Of a DNA stretch of 64,000 nucleotides, positions 1 through 8,700 are shown piece by piece. A program made the translations under genes and the position numbers. Position 1 is the stretch's first letter. Each line of letters starts with the position of its first letter. A model generated the notes under the pieces. It was not told where the DNA came from, did no database searches, and saw only the letters and a list, made by a program, of their open reading frames with translations. The stretch comes from a virus (taxonomy: Duplodnaviria; Caudoviricetes): positions 3,668-67,667 of the IMG/VR virus record IMGVR_UViG_3300033416_000003. One strand, written 5' to 3'.

Positions 1-849
1 CGCCACCTTACCCTCGGCGTTGCGTGGCCGGTACTCACCGGGGGCCTTGCACACCACCTGATCTGCCCACCGGCAGGCGGCGGCGTGGACGGCACGGGGG
101 AGCCGGTGGCTCTCAGGCAGCATGGTGCGCTTCTCGCTCCAAGCGAGGAAGTCCTCAACCGAGCCACCACGCCACGAGAAGATCGCTTGGAGGTCGTCGC
201 CACAGATGACAGCGTGGTCAGCGTGACGAGCCCACTGCTGCAGCAGGTCAAGCTCGAGCTTGCTGCCGTCCTGTGCCTCGTCGTAGAATATGGCGCTAGC
301 CGGACCCTGGGGTCCCTCGGGCAGCTTCTCGAGGGCCAGCTCGATCATGTCGCTGAAGTCGATTGAGCCCGTGAAGTCTTTCCAGGCGTTCCACTGTATA
401 GAGAAGTTTTCTACTGCTGGTCTCCACAATCTTCGGGGTACCCTACGCGCGCGGTTTTTCTCAAGCTCTTCCAGAAGTTCATCTCCACCAGTGGTTTCCT
501 CGTAGTGATCCCCGAGGTCGTCAGTGCCATGTGAGCCACTACTCACGTCTCTGTGGTATGTCTCGTTGAAGCCGTCGATGTGCTCGTACACCAGGGGCGG
601 GCGCCCAAGGGCTCGGTAGCAGATGGCGTGGAGGGTACCCACGCGATCCTCGAGCGTCTCCCAGATGGGGCGATCTTGCCCGTCGGTCATGACCGGGCGG
701 GAAGCTATCTCATGAGCCGCGGTCTTGGTCAGGCTGGCCACCACCACACGCTGGGGTCCGAAGCGATTCACAGCCCTCTGGACCAGCTCCGCGAGGCGGG
801 TAGTTTTGCCAGTTCCGGGTCTCCCGATTATAGTCGTTGTGGTGCTCAT
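1..849 (-). CDS. UvrD/Rep-like superfamily 1 helicase, 3' end beyond window start (missing from ORF track)
   Basis: Manual translation from ATG at 849: MSTTTTIIGRPGTGKTT (Walker A), TLHAICY, FSDMI, YDEAQD (Walker B), GDDLQAIFSWRG, SHRLP. Frame stays open to position 1. Confidence 0.9.
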   Translation of the reverse strand, partial: MSTTTTIIGRPGTGKTTRLAELVQRAVNRFGPQRVVVASLTKTAAHEIASRPVMTDGQDRPIWETLEDRVGTLHAICYRALGRPPLVYEHIDGFNETYHRDVSSGSHGTDDLGDHYEETTGGDELLEELEKNRARRVPRRLWRPAVENFSIQWNAWKDFTGSIDFSDMIELALEKLPEGPQGPASAIFYDEAQDGSKLELDLLQQWARHADHAVICGDDLQAIFSWRGGSVEDFLAWSEKRTMLPESHRLPRAVHAAACRWADQVVCKAPGEYRPRNAEGKVA

Positions 850-1123
850 TGGATTGTCACAGAACTGTCACAACGACTTGACATTCTTGACATTGCTCAT
901 GGCTTTTCACAGGGTGGGTGCCAAAATGGCACATGCTTTCATTATTTTGGTTTCGAATAATCTTTTTTAAGTTCATTAAAAGCCCCAAAACTCTCTCGTA
1001 AGTTGTACCATCTTTATGTAGTAAGCCCCAAAGCCTCTTGTGGCAAACCCTTTTCATAGGCGAAGGGGACAAGGGCATGAAAAAGTTCCCTTATAGGAGA
1101 TTTGAGGTTTTTCCCCCTAGAGG
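850..1123. other. AT-rich intergenic region with short repeats, candidate replication origin
   Basis: Tandem cttgacatt x2 (877-894), tgtcaca x2, aagccccaaa x2; lies between primase and helicase genes. Confidence 0.4.
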
Positions 1124-2749
1124 TCATGGGACGCTCCAAAAAACCAGGCTTGTCATGCCCTGTCCATGCCTCACGTTTTTGATCTCGATCCTCCTGCATC
1201 CTGCCAGCTGGAGGTCTCGGCTGGCGTTCCGGGGTCCGAGGTGGATACCCTTCTTCATCCTAAGCCAGTCACACAGGCGGGTGATGCTTACCCAGCGGTT
1301 CCCGTCGCGCGAGAGCACCTGGTTCGAGTCCCTGGCCTGCAGCGGGTCCTCTGTGACGGTCTTCTTGTCCGCGTACTCCCGGACGCTCTGCCTCAGGTCT
1401 TCGTACTCGGAGTACTCCTTGGATGCGTCTTCCGTGGTCCATGACTGAGCTATGACCTGCTTCACGTCGGGCCACAGCTTGGTTGGAATCTCCACGCTAC
1501 GGCCGAGCTGCTCGAAACAAATCTCGTTCATGAACCTCTTGCGTTCAGCTAGTTGCCCCCCCTCAGCCTTGACTATCCCCAGCCCCGTGTCTATGACAAA
1601 CCAGGGCCGCCCCGTGATTCCCGACTCCTCATCGACGGCACGCCAACGCGTGATGGAGTTTACCTTGAATCCCAGGTACTCACTGAGGGCAGCTAACCTT
1701 TCTTCTGGTTCAGTAGCAGATGATGCTCGCACCAGCTGCTTTGCTCTGTCCCCCTGCTCTTTGATTACTGGCATTCTTCTGGCCTTGTTGATGGTAATTC
1801 TATACCAGCCAGCAGTTTTCTCCTTGTACGGAGTGCAATGACTCTTTCGCCACCAGACGAGGAAATCTGTAATATCCTGATCGCTCCATCCGAGGCAAAC
1901 CAGCTGACACGTTAGGCTCATGCAGTACGAAGATGTGGTTTGATCCTTCAGGTCTTTACGTTTCATGTCTACTGTTTGCTTGAACCTGGTGTCTTCCATC
2001 AGCGCAGAAACCATATCGTAGTTTGGGGGCTTATCTCTAACATCCACAGGATCTGTCTTGGTATCCTCACTATCAAGATCGATCCACTCGTCAAATTCAC
2101 TCGGCGAGTATACTGGTCCATCCGTGCTCATGACCTTGACTGGCCTGACACTCCCATTCTTCCGGTTGTACGTTCCTGGCATCCTGAGGACGCGTGCGAG
2201 GTCGTGGGTCGAGTCTATGGCATGAGACGTCCGTGACCTGATAAACGACTGCCAGCCCCTCAGAAGGGCAGCGGCGTGCTCTCTGTCGTCGGGTCCATCG
2301 AACACCCACGGCTCCCGGAAGAGCCAGTGAGCCTGGAGCCCGCCCCCGCTGTCTATGACCACGCTGGGAGCGTGCGGGAGCATTTGAGTTACGAACTCAT
2401 ACGCCGTTTCCTTGGTCGGGAAGTACTCACGGGGGCTGTCCTCGTGCGTCCCGCCGGCCACGTCGAGGTCGAGCCACAGCCCCGGGATGCAGCTAACGTC
2501 CCCGGCACACCCGCGCTGCGTGTCGGACAGGCGCTGCTCGCGGAGCCCCAGCCCGTGGTATACGTTCGAGGCCCCGCCAGCTGTGGTAGCGGCCGTCGCC
2601 GCGTTGGCCAGGTCTGAGACCTGAAACCACAAGCACCGGAAGGGATCATCCTGCGTCCGGTTTCCCGCATCGCGCTTGGTGTTGAGGACGAGCCACAGCC
2701 CGGGTGGAGCATCAGCATAGAGAAGTGTGAGCCACTCCAGGGGAGTCAC
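1124..2749 (-). CDS. RepB-like DNA primase (archaeo-eukaryotic primase fold) with C-terminal extension
   Basis: LWLDLD, PSVVIDSGGGLQAHW and DLARVLRMPGTYNRK motifs typical of RepB DNA-primase domains; replication-module context. Confidence 0.8.
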   Translation of the reverse strand: MTPLEWLTLLYADAPPGLWLVLNTKRDAGNRTQDDPFRCLWFQVSDLANAATAATTAGGASNVYHGLGLREQRLSDTQRGCAGDVSCIPGLWLDLDVAGGTHEDSPREYFPTKETAYEFVTQMLPHAPSVVIDSGGGLQAHWLFREPWVFDGPDDREHAAALLRGWQSFIRSRTSHAIDSTHDLARVLRMPGTYNRKNGSVRPVKVMSTDGPVYSPSEFDEWIDLDSEDTKTDPVDVRDKPPNYDMVSALMEDTRFKQTVDMKRKDLKDQTTSSYCMSLTCQLVCLGWSDQDITDFLVWWRKSHCTPYKEKTAGWYRITINKARRMPVIKEQGDRAKQLVRASSATEPEERLAALSEYLGFKVNSITRWRAVDEESGITGRPWFVIDTGLGIVKAEGGQLAERKRFMNEICFEQLGRSVEIPTKLWPDVKQVIAQSWTTEDASKEYSEYEDLRQSVREYADKKTVTEDPLQARDSNQVLSRDGNRWVSITRLCDWLRMKKGIHLGPRNASRDLQLAGCRRIEIKNVRHGQGMTSLVFWSVP

Positions 2750-2943
2750 TAGTCACACTCTTTGAATTCAAGATCAGCCAGTTCGTTTATCACAGGGAGA
2801 ATGTTGTTCGTCCATCGTTCCATTTCTCCCCTTGCGGTTACTTTGTCATGGAAAGTTCTTGTGCTCATTGCTGCTACAATTAGTTGACGTCTGAACTTAG
2901 CTTTTGGGTTAGTGTACTCAGTTACTGTATAACATGTGTCCAT
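2749..2943 (-). CDS. hypothetical protein
   Basis: 64-aa ORF abutting the primase start. Confidence 0.55.
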   Translation of the reverse strand: MDTCYTVTEYTNPKAKFRRQLIVAAMSTRTFHDKVTARGEMERWTNNILPVINELADLEFKECD

Positions 2944-3005
2944 AGTAGGCTCCGAAAATCTGGGGCGGGAAGACCCGCCCCGTGTTGGTTCAAAGTAGTA
3001 TTACT

Positions 3006-3725
3006 CTACACCCCGCTAGCCTGCACCAGCTCATCCTTGATGCCGCCGATGGCTTGGCGGTACATCCCGATCATGGCCAACTCCTCCTCGGATAGCTCGC
3101 GCTCGAACCTAGCCCGCACCACTGGATGCTCAACACCGCCAGCGGCTGACGTTTCGAGGTAGAACGTCCACAGGCTCTTGCTGGGCTTGTGACCCTTACC
3201 GGCGGCGCGCATGAAGTCCTTGCGTACCGTGTTGAGGCTACTCGGGGGAGCGCTCAGGGTTAGCGGGAGCGTGCTGTCCGGAGTGAACAGCACGAAGAGC
3301 CGGCGCTCAGAGCACGCCTTGCCACGGGTGGGCTCACCATGCTCATTCTTGCGCGTCCCCCACTGATTCCACTCACAAGTCTCGCACAACCCCCCGGGCT
3401 GCCCGATTCCGTTCTTACCATCAGTGCTGTAGCACTGGGGAGGCTCCTTGGGTCCGCTCCCAAAGGGCTTGGCAAACATCAACCGGATGTCGTTATCAAG
3501 CAAAACGGCTGCATGAATCTCTTGCTTCTGGTCATTGCCGTCGTCGAGCAGGAACGCTCGGCTCCTCCCGGCCGGCATCCCGATGCGCTCGAGGTCGCGC
3601 GGGGTCATTTGGTGACCGCCCATGGCCTCGGCTACTGCCTCCGCTGTTTCTTGGATGTCCGCTTCAGAGAACGCTGCCATAAGTCCGTCGCGTACCACGT
3701 CAAGTGCTGTCTGCTTACTCATCAT
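3006..3725 (-). CDS. putative phage ssDNA-binding/annealing protein
   Basis: PQCYSTDG, CETCEWNQWG and GKACSERR motifs, a pattern seen in phage replication-module proteins; start reassigned to MMSKQ after gaaagga RBS. Confidence 0.5.
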   Translation of the reverse strand: MMSKQTALDVVRDGLMAAFSEADIQETAEAVAEAMGGHQMTPRDLERIGMPAGRSRAFLLDDGNDQKQEIHAAVLLDNDIRLMFAKPFGSGPKEPPQCYSTDGKNGIGQPGGLCETCEWNQWGTRKNEHGEPTRGKACSERRLFVLFTPDSTLPLTLSAPPSSLNTVRKDFMRAAGKGHKPSKSLWTFYLETSAAGGVEHPVVRARFERELSEEELAMIGMYRQAIGGIKDELVQASGV

Positions 3726-3939
3726 ACTTCCTTTCTCGAATTGCAGAAATATCGTACTCCCCATCTTTGTACCAGCAATGGTTAACAAAGAACTGTCCGT
3801 ATGGAGTTCCAAACTTCTCCTCGAGTGCAGAGTTTATTGACTCCTCTGTTACAGTTGAGCAATCAGGAATAAATAGCCTAACTAACCACGGTCTGTTTTC
3901 TGCTATCAGAAATTCGATCAGTCCTTCCCTTTCCCACAT
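3715..3939 (-). CDS. hypothetical protein
   Basis: ORF packed into the operon. Confidence 0.5.
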   Translation of the reverse strand: MWEREGLIEFLIAENRPWLVRLFIPDCSTVTEESINSALEEKFGTPYGQFFVNHCWYKDGEYDISAIRERKYDE

Positions 3940-3943
3940 AGCG

Positions 3944-4375
3944 TTATCCCTTCGTAACGTTTAGCTCATATTTTTCAGTGACTTTGATCGCTCCTCGGAT
4001 GATCTCCGGCAACAGGGCCACAACCTCCTCTGGAGCCCTGTCGTTCTCGGGGTCGTACTCTCTCGCCCATGCCGAGAGGCGTTGACCGTTGACTGTTTCG
4101 CTCACCATGGGCTCAAGGCTGGGGTCCTCCTCAGCCGCAGCCTTGAACGCAGCGACTAGCGCCGGCATGTTACCCCCCGCGCTGGCGTACAGCGTGCGCT
4201 TCACGTAGATCGTTGATCCGTCCAGGGTGCATCGTTTCATCCCGGCGTTGGTCATGTTCTTGAGAAGCTTTAGGGCAAGCTCCGCGATCTGAGCTTTCAG
4301 CTCGTTGATCTCTCCTTCCTTGTTTTCAAGTCTTCGGTGGAGGCTAATGTACCGCTTAGCGTCAGCGTTACGCAT
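3944..4375 (-). CDS. coiled-coil phage replication-module protein
   Basis: N-terminal coiled coil followed by GSTIYVKRTLYAS; a type commonly found next to SSB genes. Confidence 0.6.
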   Translation of the reverse strand: MRNADAKRYISLHRRLENKEGEINELKAQIAELALKLLKNMTNAGMKRCTLDGSTIYVKRTLYASAGGNMPALVAAFKAAAEEDPSLEPMVSETVNGQRLSAWAREYDPENDRAPEEVVALLPEIIRGAIKVTEKYELNVTKG

Positions 4376-4607
4376 CGAAGTGCTCCGGTCCACTCGGGAT
4401 TCGTGCAACCATTCTCAGCACGTCGTTGACATCATTGGCCGACATCATCACGCAGGCATTATTGGTCAGGACTAGCTGCTCCGCGATGCGGGGATCAACC
4501 TCAACTACTCTAAACTTGGGGTGTGATTCGAGTCTAAGCTCAATTTTCTCTTCTTCAAACGCTTTGTTTATTGCCTCAATTCTTTCTAGGGTCATCAGGA
4601 CTAGCAT
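4368..4607 (-). CDS. hypothetical protein
   Basis: Operon packing. Confidence 0.55.
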   Translation of the reverse strand: MLVLMTLERIEAINKAFEEEKIELRLESHPKFRVVEVDPRIAEQLVLTNNACVMMSANDVNDVLRMVARIPSGPEHFDA

Positions 4608-4609
4608 GG

Positions 4610-4900
4610 TTATTTCCTGGTACGCTTCTTAGTTAGATGCTTTAGCAGTTGTTCTACAGTAAGATCGACTCCAAGCTTTTCCGATTCCTCAGATTTTTCA
4701 TCACCAAACCACGGTAGGTAATTACTAAAGTCAACCACTATTTGTGGCTCAGTAATCTCTTGTGTGTAGTATACCCCATCGTGAGCTTCAATTGCCCATT
4801 CTACCGCATCAAAGATTGGAGTATCCTTGTGCCTAACGTATGGGAGTACGAAGAATTCCAGTACGAAATCACTCTTCTTGTCCCTCTTCTTGTCTTTCAT
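4610..4900 (-). CDS. hypothetical protein (AT-rich)
   Basis: ATGA overlap with the helicase stop. Confidence 0.6.
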   Translation of the reverse strand: MKDKKRDKKSDFVLEFFVLPYVRHKDTPIFDAVEWAIEAHDGVYYTQEITEPQIVVDFSNYLPWFGDEKSEESEKLGVDLTVEQLLKHLTKKRTRK

Positions 4901-6534
4901 TCCATCCTCCTCATTCTCTTGAGTACCGCATCCACCGCATCAGCCTTCGACGATAGCGCCGCGTACACATCTTCATCCACCGTCCCTCTGGCTACCAGGT
5001 ACAGGTAGTATACACTTGGAGCTGACTGACCGGGGCGACAGCTGCGGGCGCGTAGCTGCAGGAAGTCGCTGAGGGACCAATCGGGAGTGAAACTGATCAC
5101 ATAGTGAGCCCTGGTCATGTCAACACCGACACCTCCAGTTTTTATCTGAGCCCCAAGAACATCTATTTCGGGGCTCATTAGGTCTCCAATCATGCCATCT
5201 TTTCTTCTTCCACTTAGCTCTCCGTATTTTCTACCTTGCTTCTCGCACACCTCTCTAACGGAATCCAGATCAGCCAGGAATCTACTGAACACAACTACGG
5301 GCTCATTTAGTGGCAGGTCTTCCAGCACGTCGTATAGAAGATCACGCTTCGCGGTGCTGACTATTTCCGTCCCGCCATTGTCAATCCTAAGATGTCCAGA
5401 CGCCACCTGCGCGAGTCGGATAAGTTTCACCAGAGCGTTAGAAGCAGTGACCTCACCCGAAGCCACAAGCGCTATCATCTCTTTCTCAAGACTACGGTAG
5501 ATTTTGGCGGCGCTCGGCTCTAGCTCGCATGTGCGCTGCTCGTGGATCTCCTCGGGGAGCTGGAGCACCTGACGCGCCTCGCACCTGTACATGAACGTCC
5601 CCAGCTTCGCCGCGAACTCGGCGCGCACCGAGTCGAGGCTCAGGGGGCGGCACAGACCGATGGCCTGCAGCGACTCTGGATAGTCACCGCAGCGGCAGAC
5701 AGCCTCCAGCTCAGGGCTAAGCACGAGGGGCTGCCTGATGAGTGCCATGAGCGCCGAGGCGATGACATGGTCTGTCGTTGCAGTCATTACCCACTCGCGG
5801 CTGGGGCGGTCGAACCACTTGCGGCTAGGCAGCATCTGCACCGTGGGTGTGACCTGGTAGGGGCATGCGATGCGCAGGCAGCCGGCGTCGTCCAGGCGCA
5901 GCGCCACGTGGTCTTCGATGGGATACCGCGCCCGGAAGAGGACCGCGCTCGTCCCGAAGACCTCGGGGGCGATGAACCTCCCCTGGCAGTACGCGCTTGT
6001 GATCCCACTTGCTAGGGGCGTGCCGGTGAGCCCCAAGCGCCAGCGACAGACCTTCCCGAGGCGAGCTAGGTATCGCGTGAGCTTCCCGCCGGCAGATCCT
6101 GCTCCTCTGTGCCCCTCATCAACCACCAGGGCATCCCACTTCTGACCCGCCGCCCACGATCCGAACGGCTCTCGCCACAGGCTCTCGTGCCCAATGACCA
6201 GCACCAGGGGATCGCTCCAGCGCACACCAAGGGCTTCTGCGGCTTCTTTCTGCTTCGCCGCCACCGACTTCTTGCGGTCGAGCACGATGACCTTACAGGG
6301 GCGTCCCGAGTGCGTTGTGATCTGCCGCGGCCACACGTCCAGCACGCTGACGGGGCACGTGACAAGCACGCGGTTGAGCCTGAGGTCCGGGTTGGCCAGG
6401 AGCCAAGCGACTACGGCTGACTTCCCGGTTCCCATGTCCATGGCGAGAAGACTGCCCCGCTCTCCGCGCTCGAGCGCGAAGTCGTAGGCCACCTGCTGGT
6501 GCTTCCATGGAGGGAGGAGCGCGTTGGGGGTCAT
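4897..6534 (-). CDS. SNF2-family (SF2) helicase with internal insertion
   Basis: MDMGTGKS (motif I), VVDEGH (II), LTGTP (III), GGVGVDMT (V), QLRARSCRPGQ (VI). Confidence 0.92.
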   Translation of the reverse strand: MTPNALLPPWKHQQVAYDFALERGERGSLLAMDMGTGKSAVVAWLLANPDLRLNRVLVTCPVSVLDVWPRQITTHSGRPCKVIVLDRKKSVAAKQKEAAEALGVRWSDPLVLVIGHESLWREPFGSWAAGQKWDALVVDEGHRGAGSAGGKLTRYLARLGKVCRWRLGLTGTPLASGITSAYCQGRFIAPEVFGTSAVLFRARYPIEDHVALRLDDAGCLRIACPYQVTPTVQMLPSRKWFDRPSREWVMTATTDHVIASALMALIRQPLVLSPELEAVCRCGDYPESLQAIGLCRPLSLDSVRAEFAAKLGTFMYRCEARQVLQLPEEIHEQRTCELEPSAAKIYRSLEKEMIALVASGEVTASNALVKLIRLAQVASGHLRIDNGGTEIVSTAKRDLLYDVLEDLPLNEPVVVFSRFLADLDSVREVCEKQGRKYGELSGRRKDGMIGDLMSPEIDVLGAQIKTGGVGVDMTRAHYVISFTPDWSLSDFLQLRARSCRPGQSAPSVYYLYLVARGTVDEDVYAALSSKADAVDAVLKRMRRME

Positions 6535-6704
6535 TCCTCAGGGTCCTCTATCTCTGCCCATCGTTCCACTAACACACCATCCCACTTGTATTCTTTACCA
6601 ACCCAGCATGTTACGTTCTTCATCCATTCGGAGTCTATCTTGAATGCAGTCAGATAGTCACCGTACTTTTCTGGAGTCTCATCCGGATACTTGTGCCAGT
6701 TCAT
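6531..6704 (-). CDS. DUF551-like small protein, array copy 4
   Basis: MNWHKYPDETP...ERWAEIEDP; ATGA overlaps. Confidence 0.75.
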   Translation of the reverse strand: MNWHKYPDETPEKYGDYLTAFKIDSEWMKNVTCWVGKEYKWDGVLVERWAEIEDPEE

Positions 6705-6886
6705 TTTGGCTCCTTTATCTTTGCCCATTTTTCTACTTTATCATCCTTATCATTATACCATATCATTGAAATTATATCTTTTCCCCAATGAAGAATTTTA
6801 TATTCCCATTTATTTCCTATGTATCTAGCTGTTATATAGCTTCCTTCTGATTTTGGAGTTTTCTTCGGATACTTATGCCACTTCAT
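6701..6886 (-). CDS. DUF551-like small protein, array copy 3
   Basis: MKWHKYPKKTP...EKWAKIKEP. Confidence 0.75.
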   Translation of the reverse strand: MKWHKYPKKTPKSEGSYITARYIGNKWEYKILHWGKDIISMIWYNDKDDKVEKWAKIKEPK

Positions 6887-7083
6887 TCCGGTGCCTTTAT
6901 CTTTGCCCATCGCTCTACTACTGCGTGTTCTGAATTCCACCACCATCTCATGGGTCTATCTCCATCCACACCCTCACCCCAATAACAAGTGGTGTAGATC
7001 CACTTAGTTCCTCCTACACAGAATGCAGTTAGGTATACACCGTCTGAACTCGGTTCTTCTTTCGGATACTTATGCCACTTCAT
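6883..7083 (-). CDS. DUF551-like small protein, array copy 2
   Basis: MKWHKYPKEEP...ERWAKIKAP. Confidence 0.75.
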   Translation of the reverse strand: MKWHKYPKEEPSSDGVYLTAFCVGGTKWIYTTCYWGEGVDGDRPMRWWWNSEHAVVERWAKIKAPE

Positions 7084-7301
7084 TTGGGTGCCTTTATCTT
7101 AGCCCATCGTTCTACTTCTACGTCGTTTAAGGATGTAACATTCCACCATTTATAACGATGCTCGTATTCTGTATGACTACATGTGTAATGACATTTATCC
7201 CAGGGAAACACATCAAAGAAACGGCCAAAAGTTGTTCTACACTCAACCAAGTATTCGCCTTTATTCTTCGGTTCTTCTTCCGGATACTTGTGCCACTTCA
7301 C
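7080..7301 (-). CDS. DUF551-like small protein, array copy 1
   Basis: MKWHKYPEEEP...ERWAKIKAP. Confidence 0.75.
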   Translation of the reverse strand: MKWHKYPEEEPKNKGEYLVECRTTFGRFFDVFPWDKCHYTCSHTEYEHRYKWWNVTSLNDVEVERWAKIKAPK

Positions 7302-7504
7302 AGTCTTACCCTCCGAATCCTTCCCGCCTCATCCATGACGTAGACTCGTTGTAGCAGGGCCTTCCCATGAGCCTCCTCGAGCCCGACTCCCAGTACGTCC
7401 CTAGCGTACTCCAGGGCATACTCCACGCTGCTCGACTCGAAGCTGAGGGTTCCTCGGCCCTGCTGCAGCTCATGCTTGCTCAGGCTCGCTAGGTAGGGTC
7501 GCAT
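7298..7504 (-). CDS. hypothetical protein
   Basis: Operon packing. Confidence 0.55.
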   Translation of the reverse strand: MRPYLASLSKHELQQGRGTLSFESSSVEYALEYARDVLGVGLEEAHGKALLQRVYVMDEAGRIRRVRL

Positions 7505-7935
7505 CTACGCATCCATTCCTTAGCCGTTCTATCATAGAGCACGACGTTTACGCACATCGCCAGGTTCAGGCACCCTCCAGGTATGTAGACGACGTCACGG
7601 CACCAGCTCAAGATGCGGCTTCCCAGGGTCGCGTCCTCTGCTCCAAAGATGTAGAACGCTCGCTTTGGATGCGTGTACTCCGGAAGAGGGATCGCGCTCT
7701 TGATTAGCTCCACAGCTACGGGTACACAATCAAACGGGACTATACTGTGGAGGTTTTCTACATGCAGCAACGGAGCTTTCCTGTACTGACACCCCGTATC
7801 TGTGGGTGACTTCTTGTACCTGGTTCCTGAAACAGCGACCATGGCCGCGCCGAATACCCCCGCTCCTCTAAGAACGCTCCCAATGTTGGCTGGGGTCTTA
7901 GGATTGTCGAGCCCGACACAGAAGAAGCCGCTCAT
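7489..7935 (-). CDS. SpoU/TrmH-family (SPOUT) RNA methyltransferase
   Basis: LDNPKTPANIGSVLRGAGVFG (motif 1), IFGAEDATL (motif 2), IPGGCLNLAMCVNVVLY (motif 3). Confidence 0.88.
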   Translation of the reverse strand: MSGFFCVGLDNPKTPANIGSVLRGAGVFGAAMVAVSGTRYKKSPTDTGCQYRKAPLLHVENLHSIVPFDCVPVAVELIKSAIPLPEYTHPKRAFYIFGAEDATLGSRILSWCRDVVYIPGGCLNLAMCVNVVLYDRTAKEWMRRCDPT

Positions 7936-8117
7936 GGCTCATCCCCGGGTTCCACGTATATCTTCCACCTGCTATCCCAGAGCGCTTCGGCTCCAGACGA
8001 TGTTACAGCAACCGGCCCCATGGCACCACAGGACTCGCAACGTACAGCTATGGCCCATTTGACCGTGTCCCACTTGTACTTGAGGTCATCCTTGCCGCAA
8101 TACGGGCACGGCTTCAT
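7932..8117 (-). CDS. Lar-like restriction-alleviation zinc-finger protein
   Basis: MKPCPYCG...VRCESCGAMGP...A..LW pattern. Confidence 0.7.
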   Translation of the reverse strand: MKPCPYCGKDDLKYKWDTVKWAIAVRCESCGAMGPVAVTSSGAEALWDSRWKIYVEPGDEP

Positions 8118-8392
8118 CAATCCTCCGCGTTCAACCACTGGATAAGTCTGCCCTTAATCTTGTCCGAGGTCACAAGCGCTCGGTTCGCGGCCAGTAGACT
8201 CCTCTTTCTGGCCCTGTACATCATCGCTACCAGCGCCATGTCGGCTACGTCTTCGATGATGTCTCCACCCCCACCGAACCCAGCTTTGCGTACGATGTCC
8301 CTGATCCTGGATACCTGAGTCATCGGATCGATGCCGTTGATGCGAAGCTCTGACTGCATGTCCCAACCGTCGGGTGCGATGTTACCGTTCAT
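8117..8392 (-). CDS. hypothetical protein
   Basis: Coupled overlaps at both ends. Confidence 0.6.
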   Translation of the reverse strand: MNGNIAPDGWDMQSELRINGIDPMTQVSRIRDIVRKAGFGGGGDIIEDVADMALVAMMYRARKRSLLAANRALVTSDKIKGRLIQWLNAED

Positions 8393-8700
8393 AGTTTCCT
8401 CTCCCTGAAGAATGGTTCCTTGTGCTCGTCTTCCATAGGAGTTGAACTCATCGGAAGCAACATCCCTTCCTGGCTGTTGATCTCGTCGGCTAGCCTGCGG
8501 CCCATGTACTCGATGAGCCCCTGAAGACGGCTCCTGGCATCGTCGCGGGGGAAAATCTGAATGAACGACATCCGATTGCCCTCTTCAGGAATAACACTAA
8601 TCTCAATTGTGAACGTGTCCGCGCTCGTGAATATGCGCTTTTCGACCCTGTCGAAGTAGTTCCCGGCGGTCATCTTCAGCTCAATGCTGTGGATTATCAC
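8389..8700 (-). CDS. hypothetical protein
   Basis: Operon packing. Confidence 0.6.
   Translation of the reverse strand: MIIHSIELKMTAGNYFDRVEKRIFTSADTFTIEISVIPEEGNRMSFIQIFPRDDARSRLQGLIEYMGRRLADEINSQEGMLLPMSSTPMEDEHKEPFFRERKL

Noticed and set aside
878-892. Two plus-strand TTGACA hexamers as antisense promoters
   Set aside because: No -10 element at the right spacing.
857-1078. 73-aa ORF between primase and helicase
   Set aside because: TTG start without RBS, within a repeat-rich AT-rich gap; more likely non-coding.
5635-5920. Helicase insertion as an intein
   Set aside because: No Cys/Ser start with His-Asn end, and no LAGLIDADG or HINT motifs.
6531-7301. Paralogue array as a diversity-generating retroelement
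   Set aside because: No reverse transcriptase in the window, and the differences are length changes and all-base substitutions rather than adenine-specific.
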